Shown: positions 1 through 10,625 of the stretch, one piece after another
Position numbering within the stretch: position 1 is the stretch's first letter
How the letters are laid out: the number at the start of each line of letters is the position of its first letter
Source of the DNA: Ostreococcus lucimarinus
Lineage: Eukaryota
NCBI GenBank assembly: GCA_000092065.1
Contig: CP000583.1
DNA: 64,000 nt
Strand: one strand, 5' to 3'
Notes under the pieces: model-generated
Told to the model about the DNA's origin: nothing
The model's database searches: none
The model's input: only the letters and a program-made list of their open reading frames with translations
Position numbers and translations under genes: made by a program

Positions 1-1
1 C

Positions 2-244
2 GTCTGTCGACGTCGTTTACAAGTCTCCGGCTGGGTCCAAGCCGGCGTCCAAGCCGGCGGTCCCGTGTACACGGGCATGTTCGACTGTTTCCGTCGTACC
101 GTCGCCGAGGAGGGCGTCTCCGCCCTGTTCCACGGTCTCAGCGCCAACTACATCAAAATCATGCCCTCGATCGCCATCGCCTTCGTCGTCTACGATCAAC
201 TCAAGATCATTCTCAAGCCGGAAATCAAAATCTCCGCGGGCTGA
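2..244 (+). CDS. 3' terminal fragment (last ~80 codons) of a mitochondrial carrier family (SLC25) protein; the CDS enters from the left edge and ends at stop TGA 242-244
   Basis: Frame-2 translation ...GPVYTGMFDCFRRTVAEEGVSALFHGLSANYIKIMPSIAIAFVVYDQLKIILKPEIKISAG* matches the last repeat of mitochondrial carrier proteins. It is absent from the ORF track because it has no start in the window. Confidence 0.65.
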   Translation, partial: VCRRRLQVSGWVQAGVQAGGPVYTGMFDCFRRTVAEEGVSALFHGLSANYIKIMPSIAIAFVVYDQLKIILKPEIKISAG

Positions 245-498
245 GCGTCGACGCGACGGTCGCCGTCGCCGCCGTTCTGTTCGCCTCGACGCGTTTCGCC
301 CTCGCCTCGTCGCCCCTCGTCGCGCGACGGCGCGGCGCGCATCGCATCTATTTAATTTTCGAGATTCTCGACATCCTAGCCATCGCGCTCGCGTCCTCGC
401 GTCCTCGATCCCCGCTCGGCTCGCGTCCCGCTCGGCGTCTCGCCGAAAAGCGAAAAGTCGCGTCATTCCCCCGCGATCCGATCCATTCGTCATCCGTC

Positions 499-1298
499 AT
501 GTCCAACCCCGTGTGCTACTTCGACATCGAGATCGGCGGCCAGCCCGCGGGTCGCATCGAGATGACCGTGCGTCTTCGCTCGCGCGCGCGCGAACGCGAC
601 GCGCGCCCGACGCGCGCGACGTTCGATCGCATCGCCGCCGATCGCCGCCGCGCGGAGATTATTAGATTGCTTCCGGAACGACGATGACTGACGAATCGCG
701 CGCCTTCGTCGTCGTAGGTTCGCGCGGACGTCGTGCCGAAGACCGCGGGTGCGTGCGCGCGAGCGGCGGCGCGAATGATGCGCGCGCGCGGGTGATGATC
801 GATCGGGATGAGCGCGGCGCGTAATCCGATCGGTTGACTCGGCGGCGACGGGACGGCGACGAACGAACGAACGGAGACTGACGATGGGTTTCTCGCGCGA
901 TAGAAAACTTCCGAGCGCTGTGCACGGGTGAAAAGGGCTTCGGCTACGAGGGCTCGAGCTTCCACCGCGTGATCCCGGGGTTCATGTGCCAAGGCGGCGA
1001 CTTCACGAACCACAACGGCACGGGCGGCAAGTCCATCTACGGCAACAAGTTTGAAGACGAAAACTTTGTCTTGAAGCACACCGGACCGGGCATCTTGTCC
1101 ATGGCGAACGCCGGCCCGAACACGAACGGCTCGCAGTTCTTCTTGTGCACGGCTGATACCGCTTGGTTGGACGGTAAGCACACCGTCTTCGGCGCCGTGA
1201 GCAAAGGCATGGACGTCGTCAAGGCGATCGAAGCCGTCGGCTCGCAATCCGGCGCGTGCTCCAAGAAGGTCACCATCGCCAAGTCCGGCGTCCTCTAA
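499..1298 (+). CDS. Cyclophilin-type peptidyl-prolyl cis-trans isomerase, 3 exons: 499..567, 718..748, 904..1298 (164 aa)
   Basis: Exon 1 [23 protein letters not shown] ends at a GTGCGT donor. Exon 2 [10 protein letters not shown] also ends at GTGCGT. Exon 3 (E)[41 protein letters not shown]...[10 protein letters not shown] is a canonical cyclophilin A-like sequence. Both introns carry an ACTGAC branch motif about 30 nt before the AG. Confidence 0.9.
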
Positions 1299-1422
1299 GG
1301 GCGACGCGCGTCTGCGTTACGTAAACCTGCCTTGATACGACGAGTTGATCCACGAGCGATGAATCGTTATTACTACTTTACAATAAAATGACGAAGCCTA
1401 CAATCGCCACCGCGCGTCGCCT

Positions 1423-1962
1423 TCAACCGTTCCGCTTCTCCACGGTCTCCCACCCGCGCAACGCGACGAGCGAACTCAAATTCACCACCTGCGCCGCGAC
1501 GATCGGCGCCGGTATCTCCGCGGGCGCGATGACGTTCGGAAAGTCTATTCCGAGGACGATTTCCGTGCTCGCGATCACGACGACGCCGACGTCGCCTACG
1601 AAGGACGCCGTCGCCAAGCCGAACGCCGCCGCCGGGCCGCCGAGCGCCCAGAGCAACGTCAGCGCGCGCACGGGCGCGTCGAGGGCGTCGAACGACGCGA
1701 CGCCGCAGGCCGAGGATATCGGTCCCGCGCCGAAGCAGTCGGGGAGGTGCAGAAGACCGCCGGCGAGGAAGAGCGGCGCGAGGACGGCGCGGTAGCGCGA
1801 CAACCCATCGGTCGCATCGCGCGGGACGAGGGAGAAAGACGCTTCTCCCTCGTCGCTCGCGCGCGCGCGCGCGACGAGCGAGCGCGACTGCGCGCGAGCG
1901 ATCGGCGAGCGACGGGCGACGCGCGCGTGGCCGCGCGAGACGCCCGTCGCGGTCGCGAGCAT
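1423..1962 (-). CDS. Possible small organelle-targeted membrane protein (Arg/Ala/Ser-rich N-terminus followed by two Gly/Ala-rich hydrophobic helices); low confidence
   Basis: The minus-strand ORF from MLATATGVSRGHARVARRS... contains hydrophobic stretches (LAPLFLAGGLLHL, LLWALGGPAAAFGLATASFVGDVGVVVIAS) that are unusual for random CG-rich frames. However, it lies only ~80 bp from the stop of the upstream minus-strand gene, and I recognise no homology. Confidence 0.25.
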   Translation of the reverse strand: MLATATGVSRGHARVARRSPIARAQSRSLVARARASDEGEASFSLVPRDATDGLSRYRAVLAPLFLAGGLLHLPDCFGAGPISSACGVASFDALDAPVRALTLLWALGGPAAAFGLATASFVGDVGVVVIASTEIVLGIDFPNVIAPAEIPAPIVAAQVVNLSSLVALRGWETVEKRNG

Positions 1963-2039
1963 CGCGCGCGAGAGACGCGCTGTGAAGGCAGAGGGCACGA
2001 CGCGGCGCGCGCGATTAAATGATTTTGTTACACGGAGAT

Positions 2040-3960
2040 TTAACGAATCCACGGCGACGCCAGGCCGAACGGGCTCAGGGTGTCCATAATTTGCTTGTTC
2101 AGCGCGCGGCCGAGCACGACTTGGGCTTCGTCGGGGCGAATCGGAATGACGGGATGGCTGGCGCCGCCGGAAACGCCCGCGCCGGAGACGACGCATCTGC
2201 GTAAAAGAGAATTTCCAGCCTCTAAACCGCTGACGTAGGCGCGCTCTTGGCACAAGCCCTTAGCGCCGTGCTCTCTGTCGCCCATGCGCACCCAATCTCC
2301 CGCGCATACGATGTTTGAAATGGACGTTTCGAGCGGCGGTCTTTTCGAATACGAGCCTGGAGAGAACCAGGAAACCGCTCCCGGGTACCTTCGCACTTCA
2401 AAGTCGACAGCTTTGACGCCCTTGAATCCCGGTACGGCGGCCGGAAGGAGCTCGTCCGTTAATAGTTTTACGATATCATCATCGCTCAAGCACGCGATGG
2501 CGCCGCCGTTGTAGAAATCGGCGGCGATGACGCTTCCTTTTGGCTCTTCGCCACCCCACAATTCAACTTCCGAGTCTTTTTGCAACTGGTCCAACATGAA
2601 GAAAGTACCCCCGGCGCCACGAAGGGCTTCAAATCTACTGAATACATTCGCTGGATGCTGCACGTCCACGTACTGATCCAACCAGATTCGCGTCGCCACG
2701 ACGTCAATGCCGCCGAGCGACGCTGCGGCGCTAAACTCTGGCGCCATGCGAGCCAAGACGGGAGAGTTGGACACCACGCTCTTCATGCCCTTTGCGCCGA
2801 GCGCGAAGACCACCGCATCAACGTCTTTGATCACGCCTGCTTTCCCGCCGTCCTTTTTCAGGTAGTGCACCGCCGTCGCCTTTTTTGTCGCCTCGTCCAC
2901 TTCAACTTTGCTGACAAACGTCGAGCCCATGACTTTCAATCCGTATTCGCTCTGCAGGCGAGCCATCGTGGGCCCGACGATGACTTCGGCTATACTCTTC
3001 GTCTTGATCCAGCGCACGTCGAACGAGTCTTGGTGCGCCAACGCGTAGTAATACAACAATTCCATCACGACAGCCGCCGAAAGCTCCTCTGGTGGCTTGA
3101 ACAACCCGACGAGCAACGTCGGGCGAATGAAATCGTCCACCAGTCGCTTACTCAATCCCATGCGAATGAACAGCTCGTGCGCAGTGAGCCTATCGTACGC
3201 CTCAAACGTCTTCTCATCGCGATTCAAATCCAACATCGCGTACAGCAAGCCGACCATCGTCACCCTATCGCTCAGAGGCAGTCGTTTAAAGTTATCGAAA
3301 GTCGCAAACACCTGTCCGAGAGGGCTCGGGAGCGCCATCGAATCCCCAAACACCGGCGCCGTCGCCTCCAACCCGTCCGGCGACCAAAACGAACTCGGCG
3401 TGAATTCTGTGAACGCATCCTTTTCGTCGATGTTCATCTCTCGACACAGATCGGAGATATTAGGATAATCTTTCCAAAACCCTGAATCATCGCACAAAGT
3501 TTCGTTTCATCGTCAGTCGTCGCGCTCTCTCGCGCACGCGAGCGACGCGCGTCGTCGTTCTTTTCGTCGTCATTCTACACGCACCGCGTGTTCCCGCCTC
3601 GAACGGTTTCCCGCTCTTCGTCAGCGTCGGCGTCGCGCCCGTGGGGTCGTCTTGCACGTCGACGAGCGTCACGTCCGCCCCGGCTTCGCACAGCGATTTC
3701 GCGGCGCCGATGCCGCCCCAGCCGGCACCGATGACGACGACTTTGGATATCGCATTCGCGCGCGCTGACGACGTCGCTGACGCCGCGACGCGCGTCGACG
3801 CGCGCGCACGAGGACGAGCGCGGTGTTTGGTCGCGACGTGCGCGCGCGCGCGCGCGCGCGAGGCCTGCGCGCCGAGCATATTCGCGCTCTGCGCGCCGAC
3901 GAGTGACGTCGGTCGGGCGGCTCGAGCGCAGCCGAGCCGAACGCGAATTCGATGAGTCAT
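2040..3960 (-). CDS. FAD-dependent amine-oxidase family flavoprotein, phytoene/zeta-carotene desaturase-like, with predicted plastid transit peptide; 2 exons on minus strand: 3585..3960 and 2040..3481
   Basis: Exon 1 carries the dinucleotide-binding motif KVVVIGAGWGGIGAAKSLCEAGADVTLVDV and ends ...PFEAGTR at a GTGCGT donor. The intron (~103 nt) has branch site GACGACTGACG and acceptor CAG. Exon 2 (G)FWKDYPNISDLCREMNIDE...CAGDWV...HGAKGLCQERAYVSGLEAGN resembles PDS/ZDS-family desaturases. Confidence 0.75.
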
Positions 3961-4000
3961 CGGCGATGTGCTACTGGAGTGTTTTACAATAAAAGTACAA

Positions 4001-4687
4001 TCATCGCGCGCTCGCCAACGCGCCCTCTAACGTTTTCTTCGCCACGCTCTGCTGCGCAATGATTTCCTTGAGCGAGGCGACGAGCTTGTGCCGCTTGGCG
4101 GCGTGTCGCTCGAGCTCCGCCTCGACGACCGCGCGTCGCTCCTTTCGCTTTTTCTCGTTCTCCTTCAGCGCCACCGCGCGCTCCTCCCGCTCCATCTTGA
4201 TCGCTTTTTCGATGTCCTTCGCCTCTTCCTCGAGCTCCTCCTTCAACTGCAGCGCGCGGCGTTTGGCTCGTTCCGCCTCGGCGCGCGCCTCGCGCGTCTC
4301 CTCCGCGATCTCTCGATGTCTCGACGCTAATCTCGACGCCGCCGCCCGCGCTTTCGTCCCTCGCAGTTCGTGCTTAATGGCTTTTATCTCTTTCGCGATC
4401 GTCGTTTTACTGACGACGCGCGCGCGATCGGCCGCGTCGATCTCTCGAAGTCGGCGTTTCAAGAGCGCCGTCTTGAATCCTTCGAGCGACATCGTCGGCG
4501 TCGGTGGCTCGTGCGAGGCGTTGATGTAGCGAGGACGAAGGAAATCGGGTTCTTCGCGCGCGGGCATGGCGGCGATCGATGCCTTGAGCTCGGCGGGGGT
4601 GAGCTCGCGATCCATTTGAGAATTGTCGCGGCGCGCCCTAGTGTGCGGGGCGAAGGCGCGAGCGAGCGAAACGAATGCTTGCGTCAT
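4001..4687 (-). CDS. Lys/Glu/Arg-rich coiled-coil protein of unknown function (228 aa)
   Basis: Clean ATG-initiated ORF with charged heptad-like sequence (...KEELEEEAKDIEKAIKMEREERAVALKENEKKRKERR...) and balanced codon usage unlike the flanking CG-rich noncoding DNA. Confidence 0.5.
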   Translation of the reverse strand: MTQAFVSLARAFAPHTRARRDNSQMDRELTPAELKASIAAMPAREEPDFLRPRYINASHEPPTPTMSLEGFKTALLKRRLREIDAADRARVVSKTTIAKEIKAIKHELRGTKARAAASRLASRHREIAEETREARAEAERAKRRALQLKEELEEEAKDIEKAIKMEREERAVALKENEKKRKERRAVVEAELERHAAKRHKLVASLKEIIAQQSVAKKTLEGALASAR

Positions 4688-4724
4688 GATTACAGCGGGG
4701 GAGGGAACGAGCGCGATGGATTAA

Positions 4725-5519
4725 TTAAGCGGTGGTGGAAGTGAAATCAGCGAACGAGCGCTCGCGCATCTCGGGACATCCCGTGGGGGCGATTAAACCG
4801 CGCTCCAACGCGTTGGCCTTGACGCCGCGCGTGTACGCGACGGGGAATTTGTAGCCGAGACCGTCGTGGAATTGGTGGTAAACTTCGGCGGGGTAAAACG
4901 GTAGCTTGGCGCTGTCGTAAATCCACACGCTGTTGATGACGTCCGTTTCCGTGGGCTTGGCCTTGGGCGCCATGACGTTGCCCGAACCCGGAACGAGCTT
5001 CATGCCGTGCACGTTTGCCTCCTCGATCACCTTGAACAACGGCGAATCGATCCCACCCGGAAGCGCGATGCAGTTTCTATACCCTGGACCTGCGTCTTGA
5101 GGGTCCACGCGCTGCATTCCGAGTCCGGGAATCTTTTGGAAGCTCGCGAAATACGCGTCCGCGAGCGGCTTTAACTCGCTCGCGTTCGCCGCGTCCACGG
5201 CGACGACTTCGGCGTGACCCAATCGTTCGTACACCGTGTCCGCCGCGCCGTAATAGTAGCACACCGGTTTATCACCCTCTCTGACGCTCGCACCACCGCC
5301 GTATCCCACGACGGAGGTGATCGTGTCGTCCGTTCGCCCCAGCGAGAGCTCGGCTTCGTAAAACGTGTGTTGTCGTCCCCAAAAGCACCCGTTCCCAAAG
5401 TAGATATCGCGCGCGCGAAGCGATTCCGCCGTCGGTCCCGCGGCGGGCGCCGCGAGCGCGCCCTTCGGCGCCGTTCCGACGAGCGCGCCGAGCGCGAGCG
5501 CGCACGTAGACGCGAGCAT
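4725..5519 (-). CDS. msrA: Peptide methionine sulfoxide reductase MsrA with N-terminal signal/targeting peptide; the ORF is open further upstream to 5831
   Basis: Active-site motif GCFWG (YFGNGCFWGRQHTF), GHAEVV motif and C-terminal YHQ are all MsrA hallmarks. Start chosen at MLASTCALALGALVG (signal-like). The longer in-frame extension includes HRHRHHHKRR. Confidence 0.85.
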   Translation of the reverse strand: MLASTCALALGALVGTAPKGALAAPAAGPTAESLRARDIYFGNGCFWGRQHTFYEAELSLGRTDDTITSVVGYGGGASVREGDKPVCYYYGAADTVYERLGHAEVVAVDAANASELKPLADAYFASFQKIPGLGMQRVDPQDAGPGYRNCIALPGGIDSPLFKVIEEANVHGMKLVPGSGNVMAPKAKPTETDVINSVWIYDSAKLPFYPAEVYHQFHDGLGYKFPVAYTRGVKANALERGLIAPTGCPEMRERSFADFTSTTA

Positions 5520-5912
5520 CGACCGACGCTTGTGATGATGACGATGACGGTGCGCGTCGGCATCTTCATCGGTCGATGGCGTCGCCGACGCGACCGCGAC
5601 GACGCGACGGGCGACGGTTCTACCGCAAACGTTATCCGAGCGTTGGTTTCGCGCGGCGCGCGGCGCGCGCGGCGCGAGACGCGTCGTCGTCGCCGCCGCG
5701 AACATGTCGTTCGCCGGCTGGAGAGGTGCGTTGTGAAGGCCGAGGCGCGACCGCGACGAGCGAAAACGCGCGAGAGCGGGAAGTTCGATGCGATGGACGC
5801 TCTGATGAAACGTAAAATTCGTATTTTTCAACGCGTGCCTCTTAGACTTTTGCGGACGCGCGCGAAGCGATGCGCGACGACGCCGTCGTCGTCGTCGTCG
5901 TCGTCGTCGCGT

Positions 5913-6548
5913 TTAATACTTTCTGAAATTGAGACTCTCTCTCTCCGCCAGCATGGCGCGTCCGTACGCCTCGCAAAACTTCTTCTTCGCGTCCTCGCGA
6001 GACAACCCTTTGAGCTTGTTCCAAAAATCCCATCGCTCGCGATCGTCGTAGGCGATGCCACCGTGCGACGCCCACATGGGCTTTTCGCCGACGCAGTCGC
6101 CCTTCTCCGCCTGCTGCTTCGCCGCGTACAGCGCGTACCAATCATCCGGACGACACACCGCCCCTCCCGGCTTCGGCAGCATGCGCCACTTATGCACGTG
6201 TTCCTTATCCCAATTTTTCGCCAGCGTTTCGTACTCTTCCACCGCTGGACACTCCCACGTGACCTCCTCCTCCGTCTCTCGTCGTCGCTCCTCGACGAAC
6301 ACCTCGCCGCCGACGCTCGGCGCTTTCAATTCATTAAACGCGAACACCCGCTTAAAGTTCGACAGCGAGTTCACCGAGAACATTCGAAAGAATCCATCCA
6401 TATCCGCCCTTCGCGTGAGCGGCTTCGCGTCGTCGATCCCGGGCCGGACGAATCCCCGCGCCAGCGCCGTCTCCGCGACGTCCCGCGCCGTGACGTCCCT
6501 CACCAGGTGCCAACCTTTTCCAGAGCGCGCGAAATCGATCACCGCCAT
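5913..6548 (-). CDS. Acyl-CoA-binding domain (ACBP) protein, 211 aa
   Basis: C-terminal half ...WYALYAAKQQAEKGDCVGEKPMWASHGGIAYDDRERWDFWNKLKGLSREDAKKKFCEAYGRAML matches the ACBP fold signature (KQAxxGD...KPG...KW.AW..L.G.S.EDA...Y). Confidence 0.65.
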   Translation of the reverse strand: MAVIDFARSGKGWHLVRDVTARDVAETALARGFVRPGIDDAKPLTRRADMDGFFRMFSVNSLSNFKRVFAFNELKAPSVGGEVFVEERRRETEEEVTWECPAVEEYETLAKNWDKEHVHKWRMLPKPGGAVCRPDDWYALYAAKQQAEKGDCVGEKPMWASHGGIAYDDRERWDFWNKLKGLSREDAKKKFCEAYGRAMLAERESLNFRKY

Positions 6549-6771
6549 CGCGTCGCGCGTCCTCGGCGTCCGTCGTCGCGCGCCCTGCGCGTTTTAATTT
6601 TTTTTTCTCGTTTCACGTCGCGCGCGGCGTCGCGCGTCGTCGTGTGCGGCGCGCGTAACGCCCGCGAAACGTCCGTTCGGCGCCTCGAAATTCGTCAAAG
6701 ATTTGACATCGACTCGACGTCGCGTCGCGTCGACGCCCGCATCGCGCCGCGCGGCGATCGCGCGCGGCGCG

Positions 6772-6892
6772 ATGGACGACGACGCGTTCGAAGGCGACGA
6801 CGCGCTCGAGTTCTGCGACGGGCGCGGCGCGCGGTACGCGCGCGCGTCGTACGGCGCGGGAACGCCGTCGTCGTCGCTCAACGGTCGAGGTC

Positions 6893-6932
<40 letters not shown>

Positions 6933-8088
6933 GACGCGCGCGAGGGAACGCGACGACGACGACGACGACGCGAAAGACGCGGACGCGCGCGTCGGCGCGG
7001 TGCGAGCGCTGAGCGACAGCGACAGCGAGGAGGAGGAGGAGGAGGAGGACGCGCTCGGCGGGACGAGCGCGGCGAGAGCGTGGAGCGCGTACGATCCGTC
7101 CGCGGCGGCGAAAGTGTCGGGCGATGGCGCGCTAGCGGTGATAGAAGAGAAGGAACGCGTCGCGAGGGAGGCGGAGGAGAGGGCGAAGGCGCTGTTGAAC
7201 GCGAGAGGGAGACCGAAGCGCGACGCGGCGCTCAAGACGGAGAGAGCGAAGGCGAGCGAGGGAACCGACGTCATCGCCGCGACGTCGCGAAAGAAGCTCA
7301 GTGAGGGTGAGAAAAAAGTAGAAGGCGTGGCGACGGCAGTGGTGTGCGAGCGTTCGTCCATGCGAATCAGCGCGTCGGCGGAGGAGAGAGCGCCGGCGTC
7401 AAAGAAGACGAGCGGCGAAAAGAAGAAGCGCGCGCCGACGACGAAGACCGCGGTCACCAAGGCGAAAAAGTCGCAAAAGACGACGAATGATTCGAGTGCG
7501 ACGCACCGCGTGCTGTTGAGCTCGGGGTTCAGCCCGCGTCAGGTGAAGGCTTTGAGCAAGAAGATTGAGTCGCTCGGCGGCGACATCGCGACGTCGTTGC
7601 GCGACTTCACCGTCTTCGTCACCGAAGCGCCTTTGAAGCGAACGAAGAACGTGATGGCGTCAGCTTTACAGAATTGCCCGATCGTCAAGGCTGATTGGCT
7701 GGAAAAGTCCACGACGAGCGGGAAGTTTCTCCCGACGCAGAAATTTCTCCTCCGCGACAAAGCGTTTGAACGCGCGCACGCCTACAATCCAATGATCGAG
7801 CGCGACCATCCGTTTCGTGGCAAGACGTGGAGCATGTATGGCTCGACGGCATCCCCTAGCACTGGCGTAAACACCCGCGCCGGCGTCGAAGGCGTGGTCT
7901 TGGACTTACTCTCGCTCGGCGGGGCGAAACGCGCAACCGCCGACGGCGACTTCGTCCTTCGCCTCGACGCGGGCTCTTCGTCGTCAAAGACCCCCGACCG
8001 CGTGACCTACCTCAAAACCCCCAAAATCCCGATTTACACCCCATCCCACGTCCTCGCGGCGTGCCTCGACGGCGTTCTCCCGTCTTAG
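6772..8088 (+). CDS. BRCT-domain protein with long acidic (poly-Asp/Glu) N-terminal region; the ORF is open from 6703 using a TTG
   Basis: BRCT-like segment VLLSSGFSPRQVKALSKKIESLGGDIATSLRDFTVFVTEAPLKRTKNVMASALQNCPIVKADWLEKS. It is preceded by a (GAC)n-encoded D-run and an E-run, then a Lys-rich linker. Confidence 0.6.
6893..6962. repeat. (GAC)n trinucleotide repeat encoding poly-Asp inside the BRCT-protein CDS
   Basis: GACGACGACGACGACGACGACGACGACGACGG...GACGACGACGACGACGAC seen directly in the sequence. Confidence 0.8.
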
Positions 8089-8220
8089 CGCTCGTAAATA
8101 TCTCACTCCAAGTATAGCCATCAACACGGACTTTGAACGCTCGACACCGTCGCGCGCGCCCACGACGCCGTCTTTTCCGCGCTCGCCTCGTCGCGACGCC
8201 CCGAAGCGAGCAAAGGAACG

Positions 8221-9086
<866 letters not shown>

Positions 9087-9805
9087 GCTACTTTGTCGAG
9101 TCGTGGGTGAACAAAGAACGCGCGCGGTACGTGAAGATGAGCGCGACGAGTAAAACGCGATACTCTGTAACTAATCCGTCGGTTCTTTTACATCAAGCGC
9201 TCTCGCGAGCGTCGCCTCGCGCGTCGACGACTCGCCGAACCGTCGCCGTCGCGCCGAATCGCGCGGCGTTCAAACAATCAACCATCAATCGCGAAAGCAC
9301 ACCGAGCCCGTATTATTTCTTCTTATTACCCTTGCCCTTCTTCGCTCCCTTCTTCACCGCCTGTCGTCCCGCGCGCGTTCGCGTCGTCGGTCAGTCTCGC
9401 TTCGCGTTATCCAGTCCCCCGTCTCTCGCCCGCCCCCTCGCGCGTCTCCCGTCTCGATTCGCGCCCGCGCCCGCGCGCGTCTCCCCCCGCGCCTCCGCCG
9501 CGCGCCTTTCGAAGCGCGCGCGGTCGGCTCGCGCGTCCACGCACCTCCTCCGCCGCGATCTTTTCGTCGCGCGCGCGTCGCCATCGTCCCAGCGCGCTCT
9601 CCGCGTCCGCGCCCGAGCGCGCGGCGACGACGGCGCCGCCCACGAACGTCGCGCTCGCCACCGCAAACGCGGCGTTCAGCGTGCAGAACGGCATCGTCGC
9701 GAGTCGTCGTCCGCGCGCGCGAGTGCGGCGGCGACGGCGACGGTCGACCGACTGACCTAGAGCGTCGCCCCGCACACGCGCGCGCGCGCGCGCCGAGCGA
9801 CGACG

Positions 9806-10434
9806 ATGCTTCGAGCGATCGCGCGAGCGTCGCGAGCGGTCGCGGGCGTCGACGCGCGGCGACCGACGGGACGGGCGATCGACGCGCGACGCGCGGTCGG
9901 GACGTTCGTCGGCGCGGAGAGCGAGGAGTTGGCGTACGCGCCGACGAAAAAGGTGCGCGCGCGCGACGAGCGCGACGACGGCGCGCGCGACGGCGCGATG
10001 GGAGGACGACGACGATGCGCGCGCGTCGATGGACGGCGCGCGAAGGGACGAACGCGGGACTGACGCGACGCGCGCGCGCGAAAACGTAGGTGAAATTCGA
10101 ACCGACCGAACCGACGTTCATGACGCAGTTCACCCTGAACCGCGCGAACGCCAAGAGCACGATGGAGGGCGCGGAGGACGCCGAACGGTTGGTCGCGCGT
10201 CTGATCGGGATGCTCGGCGGGAGCTTGAAGACGTTTTACGTGACGCAGACGGGGGCGTTTGACGGCGTGTGCGTGTACACGTTTCCGAAAAACCACGACT
10301 CGAGGACGTTCACGTGCCTGCTGCGATCGAGCGCGGGGTACGATAGGATCGAGACGACGAAGTTGATGGCGAGCGCCGACGCCGCGATGTGCGCCAAGGC
10401 GGCGCGCGAGGTGGAGAAGCAGTTGAAGAAGTGA
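9806..10434 (+). CDS. Small organelle-targeted conserved protein of unknown function, 2 exons: 9806..9952 and 10090..10434 (~163 aa)
   Basis: Exon 1 MLRAIARASRAVAGVDARRPTGRAIDARR...ELAYAPTKK (presequence-like) ends at GTGCGCGCG. The intron has branch site GGGACTGACG 24 nt before TAG. Exon 2 VKFEPTEPTFMTQFTLNRANAKSTMEGAEDAERLVARLIGMLGGSLKTFYVTQTGAFDGVCVYTFPKNHDSRTFTCLLRS...EVEKQLKK* has non-CG-rich, protein-like composition. Confidence 0.5.
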
Positions 10435-10625
10435 GCTCGGGACGTTTCGGACGCCGCCGCGCCGAGTCGACGAATCGTCGATGCGCGCGCGCGTCGCGTC
10501 CCAGTTAGAATAACGCACCGTCTCACCACCATTCGCGCATATGTTGTAATTAGACCACGCGCAGTCGTCTCGTCGACGTCGTCTCGTCGTTCGTCTCCGA
10601 CGTCACTTCTCGAAGCGCCGCCGCG

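Noticed and set aside
1388-1795. 135-aa plus-strand ORF downstream of cyclophilin.
   Set aside because: It overlaps the better minus-strand candidate in the cyclophilin 3' region. It has no start context and no homology, so it is probably 3' UTR.
5214-7304. 696-aa plus-strand ORF full of Arg/Ala runs (RRRRRRRRRRRR, GGGGGGG).
   Set aside because: It is antisense to the MsrA and ACBP genes and overlaps the BRCT gene in another frame. Composition is pure CG-repeat translation with no domain-like sequence.
9107-10160. Cluster of overlapping Arg-rich ORFs between NAC-alpha and the small-protein gene.
   Set aside because: CG-repeat low complexity on both strands, with no coherent frame or domain. 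Treated as spacer or UTR, although a missed short-exon gene cannot be excluded.
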